NCBI GenBank assembly: GCA_964446745.1
Contig: CAYURR010000005.1
Location: forward strand, 343 to 24,342
Direction: 5' to 3'
Origin: an uncultured Defluviitaleaceae bacterium
Lineage (GTDB): Bacteria; Bacillota; Clostridia; Lachnospirales; WQUN01
Length of the DNA: 24,000 bases
Positions 20,505 through 24,000 of the stretch are shown here, in pieces. The notes beneath the pieces are model-generated. The model saw only the letters and a list, made by a program, of their open reading frames with translations. It searched no databases and was not told the origin of the DNA. The position numbers were made by a program, and so were the translations under genes. Within the stretch, counting starts at the first letter, position 1; every line of letters begins with the position of its first letter.

Positions 20505-21434
20505 TTACACATTTCCGACATCAACAATATCTGTCAGCTGTGTGAGCAAGCGCATACGCACGAGCGAAGGCGGTTCGTTTTCAAACTTTTTCATCGTATG
20601 TGAAAAGTAATTGGCATTCTTAAATCCGACCATCAGTGCGATGTCTTCGAGCGCGAGTGCGGTGTTTAGCATGAGCTTTTTAGCCTTTGCGAGACGGTAA
20701 CGCGCGATGTACTCGACCAAATGCTCGCCCGTAAGCTTTTTGAACACACGGCTCGTGTGATCGGGGCTTAATCCCACATGTTCTGCGATGTCCGACACCT
20801 GCAGCGCCTCGCCAAAGCGCTCAGACACAAATTCCTTAATCCGAGCGACGATCTCATGATGATATGATGACATATAACTCTGAGCATTCACATTTACAGT
20901 CTCGGCATAGATCGCATCGAGTATCGTCAAAAGCAGCGCCTTTGCGGTGAGCTCCCAACCCGCGTAATGCTGCACATAGGCCCGGTACAGCGATTTCATG
21001 GCGTTGCGGGCCTTTTCCGGGTTTTTCATCGCGATGTGCTCGGGAAAGGTGTAGCCGTTTTCGAATACGGGATTGTTTCGCACATGCTCCCTGTCGAGCT
21101 CCATGCCAAACAGGCGGATGTAATGTTTATTGATATCATAGTAGTCCGCGAGCATATCAAAGTCCTCCCTGTAGAAGAAATCAAAATGCACGAAGTAGAT
21201 GTTTGCGCAGGTGTCTACCCAGAAGTTGTGGGAGGTATCGGGCGGTATCAGACATATGCTGTTGGGTTTTATCGTGTGCTTCCTGCCGCCCAGACTTAGA
21301 AACGCCTCGCCCGACATGCACATCATCAACTCGTGATCGTATATCCTGCGGGGCTGGTGCTTCCAAGAATCGTTGTGCTGCAAGCCCACCTCGCGCACGC
21401 ACGGGTTTATCTCTGTAATGCGGTGGTGATGCAT
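20505..21434 (-). CDS. AraC-family transcriptional regulator (cupin-like sensor domain plus HTH_18)
   Basis: 309 aa from the ATG at 21434 (MHHHRITEINP), with SD AAGGAGG 6 nt upstream; the track start at 21482 lacks an SD. The N-terminal AraC-binding/cupin region reads YDHELMMCMSGEAFLSLGGRKHTIKPNSICLIPPDTSH. The C-terminal double HTH reads VSDIAEHVGLSPDHTSRVFKK...IALMVGFKNANYFSHTMKKF. Confidence 0.9.
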   Translation of the reverse strand: MHHHRITEINPCVREVGLQHNDSWKHQPRRIYDHELMMCMSGEAFLSLGGRKHTIKPNSICLIPPDTSHNFWVDTCANIYFVHFDFFYREDFDMLADYYDINKHYIRLFGMELDREHVRNNPVFENGYTFPEHIAMKNPEKARNAMKSLYRAYVQHYAGWELTAKALLLTILDAIYAETVNVNAQSYMSSYHHEIVARIKEFVSERFGEALQVSDIAEHVGLSPDHTSRVFKKLTGEHLVEYIARYRLAKAKKLMLNTALALEDIALMVGFKNANYFSHTMKKFENEPPSLVRMRLLTQLTDIVDVGNV

Positions 21435-21470
21435 GGGGGACCTCCTTGGGGGGGGATGTGTGTGATGTTT

Positions 21471-21480
21471 ATTATAGCAC
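21471..21480 (-). promoter_or_regulatory. Extended -10 element (TGcTATAAT) upstream of the AraC gene
   Basis: Minus strand reads GTGCTATAAT, about 37 nt upstream of the AraC ATG. No good -35 is present, which is acceptable for extended -10 promoters. Confidence 0.4.
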
Positions 21481-21580
21481 AAAATCTACGGAAGGGTTCT
21501 GCGATGGGGGAGTTAACTAATACTTGATAACATACATAAGGATGTAACAAAATTGTAATGAATATTCTGTATACAATGCC

Positions 21581-21609
21581 TTGACATGCATGGGTCTAAT
21601 TGTTAGTGT
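21581..21609 (+). promoter_or_regulatory. Putative promoter of the reverse transcriptase gene
   Basis: TTGACA (21581-21586), a 17-nt spacer ending in TGT, then TAGTGT (21604-21609), giving an extended -10-like TGnTAGTGT. It lies 28 nt upstream of the ATG. The SD GGAGGA (21625-21630) is 6 nt before the ATG. Confidence 0.4.
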
Positions 21610-21636
21610 GTTCAATAAAACACTGGAGGAATAGCA

Positions 21637-24000
21637 ATGGATATATCTGAGCAACTTGAAAGAGCATACAAAAAGCTTAAGGCCAGTGTCTATTTTGATA
21701 AGACGCAGTTGATACTTCGTGATAAAGTCGTGGAATATGAAGAAATTAATGATTTACCAAGACGGTTTTATGAAATTGCGGCTATTCTAACAAATGATGA
21801 TAACGAAAAATGGAAGCAGTATCAAAATGATTTATTAGGTACTATTGATGTTCTTGAGTTTCCTAAAAAGTTATCCAAAGATAATAAGGGCAAAATTATT
21901 GTCAATGAATCAGCCGATGAGGTCGTGGTAGATGAACTACAACATTTTATTGATATTGACGTTGAAGGACAAATTTTGGGTGTTTTCTGGATTTTGACTA
22001 TTGGTATATTATTGGATAAAGAAGTCTATGAGCATTCATATGGAAACCGATTAAAAAGAAACCTGATAAAAGAAGATACCAATCAAACAACATTTTCACC
22101 TTACCTTTTCAAACCATATTTTGAACAATACGAGAGCTGGCGTAATAATGCACTGTCGTACGCAGAAAAGTGTATTGATAACAAACAAGATGTCTTTATA
22201 TTTACTATGGATTTTAAAAGGTTCTTTTATAGCGTCAAGATAACTGAGGATCAATTTGACAACTTTTTTGCAAATTATAGTGAAGGTAGTAATGAGGAAA
22301 AGGCAAACTTACTTGCGATTAAAAGAATAAACAAGTTTGTATTTAAAGTTATGAAAAGATATTCTAAGGAAGTAAAATGGGAGCATAACAAGGATGTTTT
22401 TTTACCTATCGGATTTTTTCCTTCGAATATTATATCAAATTGGTACTTGGGTGAATTTGATTCTGCTATTTCCAATCGATGGAATCCGGTTTATTATGGC
22501 AGATATGTAGATGATATTATAATTGTTGATAAAATAGAGAAAAATAGTGAAATATATAAAAAAGCAAAAGATAATAGTCTTACACAAGAGGAGGTTATAA
22601 ATTATTTTCTTTGCCGTTGCCGCGCGAATAGTAATTCTATATGTGAGATGAATTTGGGGCTGCTTGTTGAATTATCAATAAAAGAAAAAAAGATACTGTT
22701 TGATAATGATCAATTGAAAAAAGTAGCTTACAAAATAAATAATAGTGTTTTGCATAATAAAAATGCCCGAATTGTTGTTCAAAACGATAAAGTAAAGGTG
22801 TTTTATTTTAAAGCAGGGGGTTCTAAGGCAGTAATAAATAATTTTCGCAAAACAGTTAATGAAAATAAAAGTGAATTTAGGTATATGCCTGATGATAATG
22901 CGATTTTGCATGATTGTGAGTATAGCGAGATTTATGAGCTAAAAAGAGATGACTCTGTAAACAAATTTCGAAGTATAGATAGCGTTTCAATTAATAAATA
23001 TTCGCTGTCAAAGTTTTTAGGGAAATATCGTAGCGTTAGTTGTCTGATAAAGGACAAAAGAGAAAGTAAATTTGAGAGTGATATTCTAAAAATATTTACA
23101 ACTAAGGTTATTGTTGACGGTTTTATATTTTGGGAGCGAGTAATTGAAATATTAATTTTAAATGATAACTTTGAGTTGGCATTTGAATTTATTAAGAAGA
23201 TAGTAATAACATGTTCTAAAATTCGTATATCAAATCATCCCAATTCAGAAAAGCTTCAAAGCACCATGATAAAACATCTGCATTCGTCATATGTAAGGGT
23301 GCTGTCTTTGAGCTGGGGAGCGAAAGCGGAAAGAAATGTAATCAAGGTAAGTAAACTAATACAAGATAATATACTTGTAAATTTACATAGCAGCTTCGAA
23401 AAGGCTGAAATGCTTAGGTGTAGGCAAAATTACTGCGTTTCGAGAATGTGCAACAAGTACGTTTTACCTTCTCTTATCGATATTATTATTGGAACAACGG
23501 ATGAGTACATTAGTAATTTCAGAGAAGATTTTAATGACAAAAGTCAAATTAATTTGTCTGATTTCAACAGTTTCATTAAATATGCAAAACACTTTAAATT
23601 GAAAAATGAATATATTTATTACCCCTATCTAATAACTTTACAAGAATTAGAAATGTGCTTGTATATTAAACAAATATATAAAAAGATACAAACGGCTTCT
23701 CTCGATTTAGAACGTTTAAAAAAATTGTATGTATCAATAAATTACCGAACTAAAGGTAGCGGTCAACTAGAAAATGTATCTAAGGCAAATATTACATTTC
23801 CTAATAATGCTAAAGAAATAAAACTGCATGCCAACCAAGTAAGATCAGATAATAAATTAAGTGGTACATACAGCATAGCAATTGCGAATGCAAAACTCGA
23901 GAGCTCTAATTTATTAGGTGTGCTAACAGACAAGCCTATTCGATCTTATAAACGCTATCAAAAGCTTGCAAGCATAGTGAAACAGGCGATTAAGGAAAAA
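21637..24000 (+). CDS. Large stand-alone reverse transcriptase, UG/Abi (defence-associated, DRT-like) class; 3' end lies outside the window
   Basis: Translated by hand, since the ORF track omits it for lack of a stop in the window. An in-frame TAA sits at 21616 and the first ATG at 21637, followed by 788 sense codons to position 24000 in ~25-30% GC DNA. The N-terminus is MDISEQLERAYKKLKASVYFDKTQLILRDKV. RT motifs: SYGNRL (aa 134-139), motif A FTMDFKRFFYSV (Asp192, nt 22210-22212), motif B-like LPIGFFPSNIISNWYLGEFD (aa 256-275), and motif C YVDD (aa 290-293, nt 22504-22515). A helical region of more than 400 aa follows. Confidence 0.85.
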   Translation, partial: MDISEQLERAYKKLKASVYFDKTQLILRDKVVEYEEINDLPRRFYEIAAILTNDDNEKWKQYQNDLLGTIDVLEFPKKLSKDNKGKIIVNESADEVVVDELQHFIDIDVEGQILGVFWILTIGILLDKEVYEHSYGNRLKRNLIKEDTNQTTFSPYLFKPYFEQYESWRNNALSYAEKCIDNKQDVFIFTMDFKRFFYSVKITEDQFDNFFANYSEGSNEEKANLLAIKRINKFVFKVMKRYSKEVKWEHNKDVFLPIGFFPSNIISNWYLGEFDSAISNRWNPVYYGRYVDDIIIVDKIEKNSEIYKKAKDNSLTQEEVINYFLCRCRANSNSICEMNLGLLVELSIKEKKILFDNDQLKKVAYKINNSVLHNKNARIVVQNDKVKVFYFKAGGSKAVINNFRKTVNENKSEFRYMPDDNAILHDCEYSEIYELKRDDSVNKFRSIDSVSINKYSLSKFLGKYRSVSCLIKDKRESKFESDILKIFTTKVIVDGFIFWERVIEILILNDNFELAFEFIKKIVITCSKIRISNHPNSEKLQSTMIKHLHSSYVRVLSLSWGAKAERNVIKVSKLIQDNILVNLHSSFEKAEMLRCRQNYCVSRMCNKYVLPSLIDIIIGTTDEYISNFREDFNDKSQINLSDFNSFIKYAKHFKLKNEYIYYPYLITLQELEMCLYIKQIYKKIQTASLDLERLKKLYVSINYRTKGSGQLENVSKANITFPNNAKEIKLHANQVRSDNKLSGTYSIAIANAKLESSNLLGVLTDKPIRSYKRYQKLASIVKQAIKEK

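Noticed and set aside
22275-22911. Minus-strand ORFs 22275-22475 and 22675-22911
   Set aside because: They are antisense to the uninterrupted RT reading frame. Their translations are Ile/Phe/Asn-rich as expected from AT-rich antisense DNA, and they lack an SD.
21483-24000. The RT as a group II intron, retron or diversity-generating retroelement
   Set aside because: Only ~150 nt separate the RT start from the AraC gene, leaving no room for intron domains I-III. No long a1/a2-type inverted repeats or msr/msd-like structure lie upstream. The ORF (more than 788 aa) is far longer than retron or DGR RTs, and no TR/VR repeat pair is visible in the window. Downstream sequence is still needed to be certain.

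Overview
This window looks like Firmicutes/Clostridia-type chromosomal DNA: AAGGAGG-type ribosome-binding sites, LplABC-type sugar ABC genes, a LytTR two-component system and a YjdF/DUF2992 gene. It splits into three blocks by composition. (1) 1-8.3 kb is AT-rich accessory DNA. It carries an AgrC-like histidine kinase with a LytTR regulator, a DUF2268-like HExxH protein co-transcribed with a TipAS-type MerR activator, an SRPBCC+MarR pair, a decayed GNAT pseudogene, a membrane-anchored WG-repeat protein, and a DUF2992/YjdF gene behind a riboswitch-like leader. (2) 8.3-21.5 kb is clearly more GC-rich. It holds a MATE efflux gene and a tightly coupled minus-strand sugar locus: AraC regulator, two ABC permeases, a lipoprotein solute-binding protein, GH2 beta-galactosidase, GH65 phosphorylase, EamA/DMT transporter and beta-phosphoglucomutase. 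(3) 21.5-24.0 kb is the most AT-rich stretch. It contains one uninterrupted plus-strand ORF of at least 788 codons (21637 to the window end). The ORF track omits it because it has no stop in the window. It encodes a large stand-alone reverse transcriptase (motif C YVDD) of the UG/Abi defence-associated type, and its last ~44 residues may begin a C-N hydrolase (nitrilase) domain. This RT is the most interesting element here. No rRNA, tRNA, CRISPR array, transposase or integrase was seen.
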